Shown here in pieces: positions 45,705 to 62,900 of a stretch of 64,000 bases of DNA. The notes under the pieces were generated by a model, which searched no databases, had not been told where the DNA came from, and worked only from the letters and a program-made list of their open reading frames with translations. The position numbers were made by a program, and so were the translations under genes. How positions within the stretch are numbered: position 1 is the stretch's first letter; every line of letters starts with the position of its first letter. The stretch comes from the human T2T-CHM13v2.0 reference genome, Homo sapiens, in the NCBI RefSeq assembly GCF_009914755.1, contig NC_060926.1; one strand, written 5' to 3'.

Positions 45705-46983
45705 TAAGTCCAGGACAGAGTCACACAGTATCCTGCCTTGCAATTTAGTTATCAAACATATTCTGGGCCTCCATAGGTATGGCTGGCAATGTGGAGGTAG
45801 AAGCTAGAGAGGAAAGTGACAAGACCCATCAGTGCCACCCCTTCCCCCCAAAGCTAGTGTTTAGCTCTATGTAGTTGGGGATCCTAGAGGACAGGGGGTG
45901 GTGGTAATATTGGCCCTGGAATTACAAGCTGAACATTTTCAGTGCCACTCAAATAAGGCAGAGATCATAAGCTGTGAGGAATCCAGGAGGACTGCATGGA
46001 AGAAGAAACATTTGGTTAAGATTTGATAAGGCTTAGAATGGAAGAAAATGCCAGCGTCATTTTATTATCATAATTATGTTAATAAAAGTAGTAAATATAT
46101 CAACAATAAAAGAAGCAGGCCAGCACCAGTAAACACACTTTACAAATGAAGAAACATGTTCAGAGAGTGGGAGTAATTTGCCCAAGGTCACACAGCCACT
46201 AGGGCCCTGTCACTAGGGATGAGTTCCCATCCAGGGTCATTTTCCCTCCAGTTAGCCGGAAGAATTCTCAACTTAGGCTTTGGAATGGCTGGTGCAGAGG
46301 GAACATTTGCCTCTGCCCTGATCTTGGCTCAGGGTGGGCCAGGGTGGGGGCGGGGTACAGAGAGATTATCTGGCTGATGATAGTAACACACCTGGAAAGA
46401 CACCGAGGGCTCCTGCTTTGCCAAGGGTAACACCACCTCCCCATGAGGACAGATCCTACATCAGGTCAAGTACAGAGGAAGACCCCAAGGCCTCCAGTTG
46501 GAGGCTGATGGGGACCCTGGAACACTCATTCATCCTGCTCTTGCAGGGAGGGGCAGGCAGTCTCCTTTCTTCTGTGGCACAGTGGGCCAGCTGCCCCAGG
46601 GAGACTGAAGGGCCCTTGTTGCCAAGCAACCCCACATAAGCTTTGGCTGGCAGCGGGGAATCCACCAAGAAGCCAGCCCTGCCTCAGTCTCCCTTCCTGT
46701 ACACTGGATCACAGGATGTCAGAAACCATTCAGGGCAACCACCTCACCTTGTAGTCAAGGAAACTGAGGCATGGAGAGGACAAGGACCACGCCCGCAGCC
46801 CAGGACACTGAACTAGAATCCAGCTCTCCCAGCTGACCTGTGCCCTCACACTCTCCCTGTGCCTCTAGACAAGTTCTCAGCAGCACCCAGGCCACCCCTT
46901 CTCTAGGCATACAAAACAGTCCCGTCATTGAGGTCAAACGGACTCGAGTTCAAACACGGTTGTTCTGCTCCCAAGCCGTGTGA

Positions 46984-48170
<1,187 letters not shown>

Positions 48171-48281
48171 CCCTGCTGGGAGGCCAGGAGACTGCCCCTG
48201 CTGCCTTCTGCCCAGTGGGACCCCGCACAACATCCCTCACCACTCTCCCCCAGCACCCCCATCTCCGACTGTGCCTGCTTG

Positions 48282-48288
48282 CACCAGC
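48282..48288 (+). promoter_or_regulatory. miR-138-5p 7mer-m8 seed match (CACCAGC)
   Basis: Complementary to miR-138-5p nt 2-8 (GCUGGUG); miR-138 is reported to regulate TASK-1. Whether this is the functional site is inferred. Confidence 0.45.
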
Positions 48289-49111
48289 CGGCAGGAGGCC
48301 GGGCTCTGAGGACCCCTGGGGCCCCCATCGGAGCCCTGCAAATTCCGAGAAATGTGAAACTTGGTGGGGTCAGGGAGGAAAGGCAGAAGCTGGGAGCCTC
48401 CCTTCCCTTTGAAAATCTAAGAAGCTCCCAGTCCTCAGAGACCCTGCTGGTACCCAGACCCCCACCTTCGGAGGGGACTTCATGTTCCGTGTACGTTTGC
48501 ATCTCTATTTATACCTCTGTCCTGCTAGGTCTCCCACCTTCCCTTGGTTCCAAAAGCCAGGGTGTCTATGTCCAAGTCACCCCTACTCAGCCCCACTCCC
48601 CTTCCTCATCCCCAGCTGTGTCTCCCAACCTCCCTTCGTGTTGTTTTGCATGGCTTTGCAGTTATGGAGAAAGTGGAAACCCAGCAGTCCCTAAAGCTGG
48701 TCCCCAGAAAGCAGGACAGAAAGAAGGAGGGACAGGCAGGCAGCAGGAGGGGCGAGCTGGGAGGCAGGAGGCAGCGGCCTGTCAGTCTGCAGAATGGTCG
48801 CACTGGAGGTTCAAGCTAACTGGCCTCCAGCCACATTCTCATAGCAGGTAGGACTTCAGCCTTCCAGACACTGCCCTTAGAATCTGGAACAGAAGACTTC
48901 AGACTCACCATAATTGCTGATAATTACCCACTCTTAAATTTGTCGAGTGATTTTTAGCCTCTGAAAACTCTATGCTGGCCACTGATTCCTTTGAGTCTCA
49001 CAAAACCCTACTTAGGTCATCAGGGCAGGAGTTCTCACTCCCATTTTACAGATGAGAATACTGAGGCCTGGACAGGTGAAGTGACCAGAGAGCAAAAGGC
49101 AAAGGGGTGGG

Positions 49112-49446
<335 letters not shown>

Positions 49447-50731
49447 CTAGCCAAAGTGTTCTTTCCTTCCAGCTTGGCCTGCTCTTAAAAGCAAAGCTCC
49501 TGCAGTGTACATCCTGGCATTGTGTGGCTACCTGGGTTTTAAACCAGAATCAGAAGTCCCGGATCAGAGGGCACTGCTGAGGTTCAGCCTCTTCTCTTCT
49601 TGGCCAGGAGGCAGCAGCTCTGAATGGGCCCCTGAGGCTGCACAGGGGCCTTTGTCACTGGGGCGCATGCTTACAAACAGTGCAGTTCCTGGGACCGAGG
49701 TAAGCAGGGCTGGGTCTCATGGCAGAAAGGCCAGGATCTGGGGCTCTAGGAATTTGGGAATTGGGCAGAGTGGCCAAGAAAGCTGGCAGGCATATCCTAT
49801 GGGACATCACACCTGGCACCATTGTCATTGTTGGTGCCTGTGTCCCAAGTAGCTAGTGATAAGCTGAGGCTGCAGCAAGAAACACCCTTCCCAGGTGGGG
49901 GAGTTTGGACCAGAGGTGCCCTCTGCCCACCACACCTGCAACCCAGAAGCCCAGATGGAACGCAGCTGACGAAGGTGATGCTTGAGGCTCACTTTTGGGG
50001 CCCCACAGCTGGAGCCGGTATAATGACTGGGACAACATCAAGGGTTGGATGAGGGGCCTCTCCTCCCGCAACACTGCCTTCCCATGCTGTTCCCCTGCCA
50101 GCTCCTTAACACTGCCGACCAAGGCCAGCCCTGGCATTCAGGGAAATTGGAGGGCAGCACCCGTAGGGTGGCCAGCCTCAGGCCCCACCCCAGCTGTGTC
50201 CTCTAGTCTCTGGGGACCCCTGGGGGGAAGGAGTCTACCCTGCTTGTGAGTCCCGTCTCAGTGTGGAGGAACGGGCTGCACATGGGACCTGAAGGTGCCC
50301 TCTGTGTTTATGTTGGGGGTGGGGGGGCAGTGCTGGCTGCCTCTGTCCTGTGTGTGACCCTACCCTCGAAGGGTCCTGTCCTGTCAGTCCCGAGGGAGCC
50401 ACAACCAAAGCTGCGGAGAGAAGGTGGGGAAGGGTGCGGAATGGCCGTGGGGCACAGCGTGGCAGACTGTTCAGTCTCTGCTGGGTCTTTCCTAGGGACC
50501 TGGAAGGCCAGTGTTGCTTCCCCCTCACTCCCTTTCACTGTAGGCAGCCTCTCTGCTTCCCCAATGCCTTATGCCTGGGCACACTGCCACAGAATATGCA
50601 ATATGTGTGGGTGACCATGCCCTCACGACCACACCCCCACCCCGGGCAGCCCCCGGACTCCAAAGGTCGTGGCTGCCACAGCCTCCCTCAGCTCTTCCTG
50701 CCTATCTGTCTTCACACTGAGAATGGCGCCC

Positions 50732-50737
50732 AATAAA
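50732..50737 (+). terminator. Proximal poly(A) signal AATAAA
   Basis: Canonical hexamer outside repeats, about 2.6 kb after the stop. Confidence 0.65.
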
Positions 50738-50858
50738 TGCTATCCACGGAGACCAGGCTCAGGCTCCAGCTGCCTCTGTCATCGTATGCCCTTGCTGCTG
50801 CCAGGGAGGGGCCATCTCCCACCCCCTCCCCTGCCGGGGTCTACAAACATATCTAGCT

Positions 50859-51171
<313 letters not shown>

Positions 51172-51970
51172 CTAGCTGACTCGCCATGGGCTCGCTGGCC
51201 TGTGGGCGACACTGGCTTCCCTTTTGGGATTTCCCAGAAGATCCAGATTTTCTTAAGTCCCCTTGGAACAGACTAAGAAAGGATCACCTTAGAAATCACC
51301 TGGTCCTATTGTCCCCCCCGTACATGAGTAACTGAGGCCCACAGAGAGCAAATCGCCTGCCTGAGTCACACAGCAGTGAGTGGCAGACCTAGGCTAGGAA
51401 CTAGGACTGGGGATTGCTATTCCAGTGCTCCCCATCCTCACACAGACTGCACAGTCCGCCTGGACACACCCCAGCTGACAGTGGTACCTCCCAGTCAGCC
51501 AGGAGAATGGATTCCTTCTCCTGCAGTAGGGGCCCCCTGGCTGAGTGGCCTGATTGACTAAAACATATGTCTTTGAAGGAGAGTGCATCACAAGCACCTT
51601 TCTTTGGGGTAGATTTTTCTCTGGGTCTAGAGGGACAGCTCAGGCTTGGGACTGGGCCTCAGAACCTACGACAGACCGTGAAAGCAGACCCACCTTATCC
51701 ATCTGGTGCCAGCTCCCCAGGTCAGCTACAGCGACCCCCGGACTTCATAGAGTACAATCCACAGTAATAGCACACAGCTCTGTACCTATCTAGCTCCATG
51801 CCTATCTATCTGCCTACCTTTCACAAAATAATTCTTAGCAACCCTGCTACAGCCAATGATTCTAATACGTTCTGTTCTATTGCATGTTATAAAATGCTGG
51901 TCACGATCCACTAAATTGATGTCTCTACCTGCTAATGGTTTAATACCTGCAGATTGAAATATACTGGAGA

Positions 51971-51976
51971 AATAAA
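51971..51976 (+). terminator. Candidate middle poly(A) signal AATAAA
   Basis: Canonical hexamer after an AT-rich block; downstream GU/U element not obvious. Confidence 0.3.
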
Positions 51977-52826
51977 GAGAGTGGGAGTAGGGACACTTTC
52001 TCCCAGTGCCCACACCGCCCCTCGTTACCCGCATAGGTCAACTGAAAGATACAGAGAGGGAAGCTTTGATGGGGGGTTCAGAGTTCAAAGGAAGAAATGA
52101 TGGCACCTGCACTCCCTGCCCCCAGAGGCAGGACACAGCCAGCCCTCCTGTGACAGCACTCCTGGCAGCTCCTTGTTGGCCTGCAGCCCTCAGGGGGCTT
52201 AGTTGCCATTGACTCACCCACTCCTAAGGCCACCACATCAAAATCTGAGGCTTACTGCCCTGTCCCACCTGCCTCTGTCTTTCTTAAAACAGCTAAATGC
52301 AACAATAGCAGAAATTAGCTTGTTTTTGAGGTTGGCAATGACCAGTTCAAGGTGACTCTTATTTTCTTAAGCAGTGCTTGCAGGACATAAATGTGATGAC
52401 ACTTGCCCTCCTTTCTTTATCGCCTGGGACAGACTTTACAAACAGACCTGGGAGAAGTCCCCTAAGGGGCTGCATTTATCCCCATCTCCCTAGGGGTGAT
52501 CAGCATTGTGACAGCTGGGCAGAGCAGTGGTGAACTGCACCCATGTCCCTGCTCACATCTCCTAAGATCTCAGAATTGCCTGAGGTTCTAGCGTGGGCTC
52601 CTTCTCTCCAGATGATGCCATCCCCACCCCCCTCATTTCCACACAGCATCTGAGGCATCCTGCACTAAAAGATATATGTACAGCAAAACAAAAATAGAAA
52701 ACCAGCACAGCAGAGTGGAGGTGGGGTATAAATATACCCAGATCCCCGCTGATTTGGTTACTCGGGGTGAGCATCAGATGGAAATAGAAGTTTCCGGGGG
52801 CCAAGAGAGAAAGAGGGATGTAACGA

Positions 52827-53099
52827 CAATTCTTTTCAAAACGTGTCCCATGGTATGCCTCGTGGAAAAAATGGTTCATTGGTCAAATGAATTTGGGAAA
52901 ATGCTGTCAATATCACCGACTCATGGAGCTTCGCAAGGCATCTTAGCTTAATAAAGGTTATGAAAAGTCTTGCAGCAAAGATGCTGTTTACCCCTGCTTA
53001 ATCCAGCACTGCCCAAACTCATTCCAAATACCAGAGCCTCTGTTTGCACGACATCTCTCCGAGCCCTGTATGTCACAGCACATGCTTTGGGAAATGCTG
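52827..53099 (+). mobile_element. hAT-Charlie MITE (Charlie4a-like) containing the distal poly(A) signal
   Basis: caattcttttcaaaacgtgtcccatgg ... ggtcaaatgaatttgggaaaatgctg ... ccagcactgcccaaact ... ctttgggaaatgctg; same layout as 41581-41874. Confidence 0.55.
52950..52955 (+). terminator. Distal poly(A) signal AATAAA
   Basis: Canonical hexamer, CA dinucleotides 18-22 nt downstream, then TGCTGTTT. Confidence 0.65.
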
Positions 53100-53536
53100 A
53101 TCCATCGAAATCTCACTGATGAAGAGAGAAGGCTGATCCTTCCTCCTCACCCCACACTAAATTATAAAAGAAGTTTAGCTTGCAAGTCCTTCTATAAGTG
53201 AAGACTACAACAATATAAAATACATATGTTATTCTCAATTGCGTGCCAGATTCGACCAAGGCTCAAAGCAGCCCGCTTGCTCAATATCAGGCAGTGAATT
53301 GATGGCAAAGCGGGGATTTGAACACAGGCCGATGGCTGCGTGGCATATGCTCTTACCCACCTGCTGTGTACTGTCCCATGATGATCCACATCTTCAGCAA
53401 AGGTGTGGCAGAAGTTCAGAGCTATTTATGATGTGGTCATTTCTTATTCAGAACCTCAGTGAGAGAGGAGGCTGTAATCTAAAGATGTCATCCTTCAAAG
53501 ATGACAGATTCCATTGGAGCTAAGAAATCCTATTCT

Positions 53537-53868
<332 letters not shown>

Positions 53869-54186
53869 TTACCTCAGGCCCTCACATTCCCACATTTAGC
53901 TCTTTCTGCAGGCTCAGCATTTCCCCCTACCCCCAAGCCCAGTAGCCTTCCCATAACTTATCTCAGGAAGCTAGAGGCAAGAGAGGGTTGTCCAGGGCCA
54001 GGGAAGGATGTGTTTAGGACAGACAAGTTGGCAGAAGAAAGAGGCACTGCCGACAGTGACCAAGCCAAGCTCCCTCCCTTGCAGCTCAAATCACCATTTC
54101 CATTGAGCAGCACAAAGCTGTGGCCCCCTCTCAATCCCAAAGCTGGATTCAGGTAAGAAGTTGGAATGACTCCGTTTCTCAGGTAA

Positions 54187-54601
<415 letters not shown>

Positions 54602-54631
54602 AGCCATTACTTTTTCTCAAAGGTTGCAAAG

Positions 54632-54633
<2 letters not shown>

Positions 54634-54665
<32 letters not shown>

Positions 54666-54792
54666 AGATAATTGTTCCAGCTCCTCTGTTTCAGAGGAAG
54701 GGATTTTGGTTCGAAGTGGAAGTGACATATTCAAGGTCATGAAGCGAGATAATGGTGTAGCCAAAATTAGTATCCACATAGCGCAACTTTCC

Positions 54793-54822
<30 letters not shown>
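54634..54822. repeat. Two (CA)n microsatellites (54634-54663, 54794-54822)
   Basis: Direct reading. Confidence 0.9.
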
Positions 54823-54824
<2 letters not shown>

Positions 54825-55122
54825 AGTAAGGGCCCAGCCTTCTCTGACTCTGATTTCAGATGAAAACTGCTAATCTCTGAGGTTGAGTCACTCTGATGCT
54901 GGAAATTTACCACATCCACATCTGGACAAACACAGAGACTCACACTCCTGCCTCTCAGTCTCCCAGCTGCAGGGGAGGGCCTCGTGGGTGGTGCCAGCCC
55001 CTTAGGGCAAGGACTGTGATGGAATTGACCTCCGTGACCCTCTCTGGCCAGTGAACAGCACCCCCTCGAGAATCCATATGAACAGCATTTTGCAGTTACA
55101 GAGCTCTCACATCACTCTCTCA

Positions 55123-55489
<367 letters not shown>

Positions 55490-56374
55490 TTAACACCCCT
55501 GTTTTACAGATTACAAAACTACAGTTTAGAAAGACCCAAGGTCCTGCAGGCAGGGACTGTTCCACATTCACCCTGTATGTGAAGCACTGGGCAGAGCCAC
55601 AGGCATTTCCATGGTGATGGATGTGCTGGGCCAGGGCTGCAGCCCAGTCACAATAGCTCTGGGCCAGCAGTGTCCCGCTGTTCACCAGCCTCCCAGCTCA
55701 CTGGGCAGCTTCCCATGGGTGGAGGAGCCCCCAGGTGGACACGGTTCACAGAACCCATCATCCAAAGGAGACAGGAGTTAGGAACACTTCACCCACTTCA
55801 CCACATGTCCTGAGCAAACCCTGCCCAGAGCCTAGACTCGCGACCAACGGCAGCAAAATGTTCAGCCAATGACCTCTGCCCTTTGGCTGGAGGAGACCAA
55901 GGTTCCTGGGGAAAAGGTCATGCCTTTGACCGGGCTGACTCCCCAAATCAACACTCTCCCACAGTTGTTTCCTGGAAGAGGAAACACGTGACCAGGCCAC
56001 TACTGACTATGGAATACATGCTGGACAATGGGAGTGAGAGGGCCCCCAGAGACCCTTGCCACCTTTCCCCATGCTCTTTGCCCTTGTTCAAACAGGCACT
56101 GGGAGCAGAGCAGTGAGCTCATTTCAAAGTAGACATCCAACCTGGGAAAAAGATGCCATCTCCCCTTCCTGCAGTTTCTATGAGTGATACCTGGGAGCCT
56201 GCAGCTCCAACTCTGCCAGGTTTCCTCTCTGAGGCTGACAACCCACAACTAGAGGGATCCTCCTTCTTTTCTTTTAGTTATCCAGGCTGGGGAGAACTGA
56301 GAGCATCTCTTTGTCCTTGGCTGTGCATACTGGTGGCAAATTCCAAGACAAGAGAAAAAATCAGTGTCTGTTAA

Positions 56375-56677
<303 letters not shown>

Positions 56678-57147
56678 TGTTACCTTTTGAGCCAGGCCTC
56701 TCCTGTGCCGAAGCTGAGCAGTTACCCTTTTTAATATCAGCGCCAGACTGCACTTTAGTGCCACTGAGCAGCCCCAGGCCTTTGATGAGGCTTCAGGTGT
56801 TGAAGCCTGGTTCCACATTAAATCTCTTCCTGCTCTCTCCTGGCCCCACATCACCCACTAATTTGGTAATATAGCCTTCTGTGCCATTACTCAAGCCTTT
56901 GATGAAAATATCAGAGGACAGAATCAGATAAGGGACCCTTAATTCAGGGTGACATTTATTCTGGCGTGTTCTTGGTGAACTGTTGCTGGCTCTGGCTACT
57001 CATCACTCCTTTTATCTGTTCTTGAAAATTATCTGTTTAATCAAAGCCAGCAGGTGGCTGGGCTCCAGTCACATCAGCACAGCTTCCTAGTCCCTAGATG
57101 TCAGTGACCTGGAGATTTGAACTTGCTAAAGATAGAAGGTGCTTCCT

Positions 57148-57437
57148 GGCTGGGCGCGGTGGCTCATGCCTCTAATCCCAGCACTTTGGGAGGACAAGGC
57201 GGGCAGATCACGAGGTCAGGAGTTCGAAACCAACCTGACCAACATGGTGAAACCCTGTCTGTACTAAAAATACAAAAATTAGCAGGGAGTGGTGGTGCGC
57301 ACCTGTAATCCCAGCTACTCAGGAGGCTGAGACAGGAGAATCGCTTGAACCCAGGAGGCGGAGGTTGCAATAAGCCGAGATTGCGCCACTGCGAGACTCT
57401 GTCTCAAAAAAATAAAAATAAAAATAAAAATAAAAAA
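57148..57437 (+). mobile_element. AluSg/Sc-like with a 3' internal deletion
   Basis: gatcacgaggtcagg diagnostic; cactgc joined to gagactct; TSD-like aaggtgcttcct / aaggcacttcct. Confidence 0.9.
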
Positions 57438-58811
57438 GGCACTTCCTTCCCTGACTAAGCTTTCACCCTTTCTCCCCCAGCCACCACCACTTTATCTGGG
57501 CTTCTTCATTTAGCCAAGCTCTGCCCAGCCCAAACCCCATCCCTAGCTCCTGACCTGGGCATGGCCCTTCCCAGCCCGTTCCCAGCTCAGACTTGAGCCC
57601 CTTCCTCTCTCAGGCACCTGTCCTGTCCTTGAAGAGAGGGAGCAAGAGGGCTGTCCCTTATCACTCAGGACAGCCTCCAAGGACTGAAATGTGCCACAGG
57701 AAACTTGATGGCCAGGGCTCTTAGATCAGTTGGGGCTGAGGTGTGTGGAGCAAACAATAGATATGAAGCATGTGCGAGGAGCTGGGCTAGGAGTGCTACT
57801 CAATTCTCCCAACACCCCTGCAGAGGGAGGTACAATTATCCCCATCCAGAGGTGAGGAGACTGGGGCTCAGGGAGGTCACCTTACTTATCCAAGGTCACC
57901 CAAGTGGCAGAACCAGGTTTCGAATCCAAGGCCACATGGCTCCACCTTCCACATCCATCCAGCCACCACAGTCTCTGGCCCTTGGGGCCACATTGTTTTC
58001 TTTGCCTTCCCAGGTGTGCCCCCCAACCTCATCCCTGCCCCTGAGCAAATGGGGATCCCAGATGCTGCTTCAGCAGCTTCTGGAAGGCAGAGTAAGCCAG
58101 AGCCCATCCCTTCCTGATCCTCCCTTCCCAGAGGGAGCAGCAGGTTGGTGGGGTGACATCAGGCTGTGGGGGAGCCACTTCATTGTTCCTGAGACCGAAG
58201 TGATTTGGAGTTAATCTCCAAATCTGGTGCCACAGACACAATAGGAACCCACTGCCACCGCCCCCTCCAGCCTTATCATGGTGAACAGATGGGCAGACCC
58301 CTCTCCGGGGTCTAAGTAGGGCATTGCTGAGGTTGCTGGGAGGCAGGGAGGGAGGCCAGTTGGCCATGGTGGGGGAAGGGGACAGTGGAGACAGTAGGGG
58401 TGGGACAAACCCAGCCCCACCCCACCCTTCCCTAGCCCCCCAGGGTGGATGGGATTCAAGCGTCAGCGCTCTGCTGCCACAATGGGCTGGCTCCAGCAGA
58501 TCCTCAACACGCATTTCAGGGGACCCATGCACCCAGTCAGGCGACCATACAGACAATGCTTCAGGTCCTTTCTATCTCCAAATTCTGTAGCCTAAGCTCA
58601 CCGGAGCTGAGGGTCTACAAACTTACCACTTGAATTCCAGAATGAGGCTTGGGCAGTGCAGAGCCCAGCACCCCCAGGTCCTGAGCAGGCCCAGCCTCTG
58701 CCATTGGCCCTCACTGTCACAGGAGCACAGCATTAACAGAGAAAAATGAAGGAAGCCAACTGTTAAAGCCAAGGGCCCCTAGGAACTGTGAGTCCAATGC
58801 TTCATGTTTCA

Positions 58812-59134
<323 letters not shown>

Positions 59135-59204
59135 GAGGGAGGGACTGGGCCTCTGGGCTCCCTGGCTAGCGCTCTCCCCTATCTGCACCAGCTTCAAAAC
59201 TCTA

Positions 59205-59960
<756 letters not shown>

Positions 59961-62900
59961 CAAACCGTAGAGGCTTTGCACACGGCCCAGCAGATGAGCT
60001 AAGCACTCCCACCTACACCCATTTTGTTCTGATGGCCACGGTAGGGGGTGTAAGTCCCCCATGCCTCTTTATGAGAGGGTCAGCGGGGAGGCCATCAATG
60101 CTTCTGGTCAACTTCTGCCTACCCCAGACCAGGCCAGCTGTCGGCACAGGTGTCGCTAGTGTCACTCGAAGCTGGACACATATCAGTATATGGATGTAAC
60201 AAGCAACCATGAGGTCCCCATGGGGTGTTGCTGGCACAAGCCAGACATCAAGCAAAGGTCAGTGGGGCAGGAGCTAATCTAAAACACTGTGCCTCTGCCT
60301 AGGGAAACAGGGTCTCTCAGGCCCTAGCAGGCTGAGGGTAAATGGAAAATCCCCAGAGCCCATGAAACCCCATTTCTTTGGCTGTTTCTTCGCCTATTAA
60401 AATTACTCTCCCATCTTTTTCGAGGAGTCCCAAAGGGTCTCATCCCATCTAAACCACTATGGGGTAACCTCTGCCTAGGTTGGCACGCACACCAGGGTGA
60501 GGGACAAGGCGCCATGTGGCCCAATCGTTCTGCCACCTGCCGCTTGGGGCTGGAGCTGCTCAAGGAGACAGGCTCCTCCTCGCCTACAGCTGTCAAGACA
60601 GGCGGACCATCCTGCTGCTCAGGCTGCAGAGTCTGCCCCAATGAGTACAGTCCTCAAACCCCACCCACCTACTGTGACACTCCCTCCTGCAACTTCAGAG
60701 CATGTTGTCTGGTGCTCCAAACTTTCGTGGTGGGTTTAGTGAAAACGCTTTGGATTTGTACTCACAGCCCCCTCTCTGTGACTTAGCCCTCTCTCCTGAG
60801 TGCATGAGGACTGGGCTGTGTGGCAGGAACCATACAAACCTCAGTGCTATGCTCTGCTATGCTTTTATTTCCCTTGTGGTCTGCCTGCTTCCCTTCAGAT
60901 GAGGCTGGCCAAGAAGCACCACAGACCCTGATGCAAAATTGCCCCTAAAGCACTTCAGCCCGACCAGTCAGGTCTGCATTCCTGGATAAGCCCAATGCTG
61001 ACCCCATGGGGACCCCCACTCCCTTCTCCAGTACTAGGAGCTGGGCCCCAGGGAGGGACTTGGATAGGACCCGCTCGTGTCTGCCACCATGAGTGTGAGC
61101 ACAGGGCTGATGGAGCTTTGCAGAGAGAAATGAAGGTCAAGGTGTGTGGGCTGAGTGCCAAGTGAGACAGAGAGGGCTCCAAGGCTGGGGAGGTGTGGAC
61201 ATGGGGCCGGGGCTGGGCCTGACTGAGCCTGGAAGGAATGGTGGGATCTAGCACATGGCAACAGCATTTCAGGTGTAGGAAATTGAGCAAAGGCCCCATA
61301 GGGGAATGTTCCCAGAGTGCTGGAGAACAGTGAGAAGAGCCCGGGGATCTCCTTAGGAAGGGGAGGGAGTGGGCTCCATGAGTCCGGGGCTGTGTCCATC
61401 TCATTTGTGGTTTTATCTCTGGAGCTTCATGCCATACCTACACTTAATAGGCATCAAAGATGGTTGTGAAAGTGTGGGGAGGAGGGAAGGAGTAAGGAAA
61501 GGCAGGGGAGAATGGAAGAGACATTGGAGGCATCCACCAGACAGGATGTTCAGCTCTTAGCTGTTACTCACAGGCAACAGGGAGCCAGCAAAAGTTTCCG
61601 AGTGGAGGAAAATTTCATGGAATTTAGAGTTTCTAGAAGATTCACCTGGCATCACTCACTCCTGACAGATGTTCGTAGCCCAATGCCTGCGCTCTGTAAG
61701 ATCACTCTCTCTACACCAGCCTAGGCAGGGGAACGGCAGGAGGGCACATAGCAAGCCCTTCTCTGTGGGCTGGGAGGGCCCGGGATGCCCCAGCTGTTGC
61801 TTCCAGAGCTGAGAACAAGCTACTCCCCTGCCTGGCAGGGAGGCCAAGGAGAGCCTGTGGCACAGCCAAGGGAGAAGATTGTCAAAACACTGTAATGGAA
61901 TCTTCCGGGCTGTCCTCAGCCTCGCATTTGCACAGCGGCCTCCAACTCAAGAATCAGATGTCCTGATAGTCATGCCAGTGGCCTCGGTGGCCCCAGCAGC
62001 CCTGCCTTCAGGGCAGGGAGCAGGAGCCGTGACGGGCAGGAGTGTGCTGAGGCTGGGATGGGCCAGTACCACCTGTCCACCTGGCTCCCTCACCACTTAA
62101 CAGCTTAGGAGCCTCGGAAGGCCCACAACCCACCCCTAGGACGCCACCTCCCATGGGGTCAGCCCATGGCTGGGAGTGGTTGGGGCTCCAGGATGCTGAG
62201 GGCAGATCACTGCCGGGGCCAGGCTGCTGTCAGGCCATCCCAATCCAAGCATCAAAAGTGAACAGCAGCTCCCACTTCCCCCTGCTCTGGGCTGCAAAAA
62301 TGGACCTCGTAATCGACCATACCAGCACAGTACTTACTTTCTAGTGGACCCTTCCTTCTGTCCACTCTCTGAACCTGTGAGGTGGGCAAGGCAGTCAAAA
62401 TCGTGCCCACTCTGTGAATGAGGGCTTCATGCTTCCACTAGGCCAGTGGACCTGTCTAAACCCCACGGCTAAAATGCTTAGGAAGGGGGAGCTTCGGCTC
62501 CCCAGCCAGCCTCAAAAAGGGCCCTCAAAGCGTGAGGAATGGATCTTCAGTGGAAATGTACAGAGTCTCACAGTGGGACCAAGTATGCCTGCCTTTATAG
62601 AAAGGACCTACAGGGACCACCTCTTCCTCCCCTCCATTTGCTAATAAGGAGGATCGATACAGAAAGCTCAGATAAGCTCAGAGTCACACCAGAAAAGTAA
62701 CAGAGCCAGGCTAAAGCCAAAAAGCCACTCTGATTTGGACAATCATGGAGAGGACTTCTCCCCTTCCTTCTGGTTGGTTCATGGTGAAAAATCTGACCAT
62801 GGCATTCAGACAAAGCCTCATGTTCATGAGGAGACCCTGAAAGCAGTCAGGAAGTCAGCCGAGGTCCCCAGGGGACACCTGCAGCAGGGCCATGAAGGAT

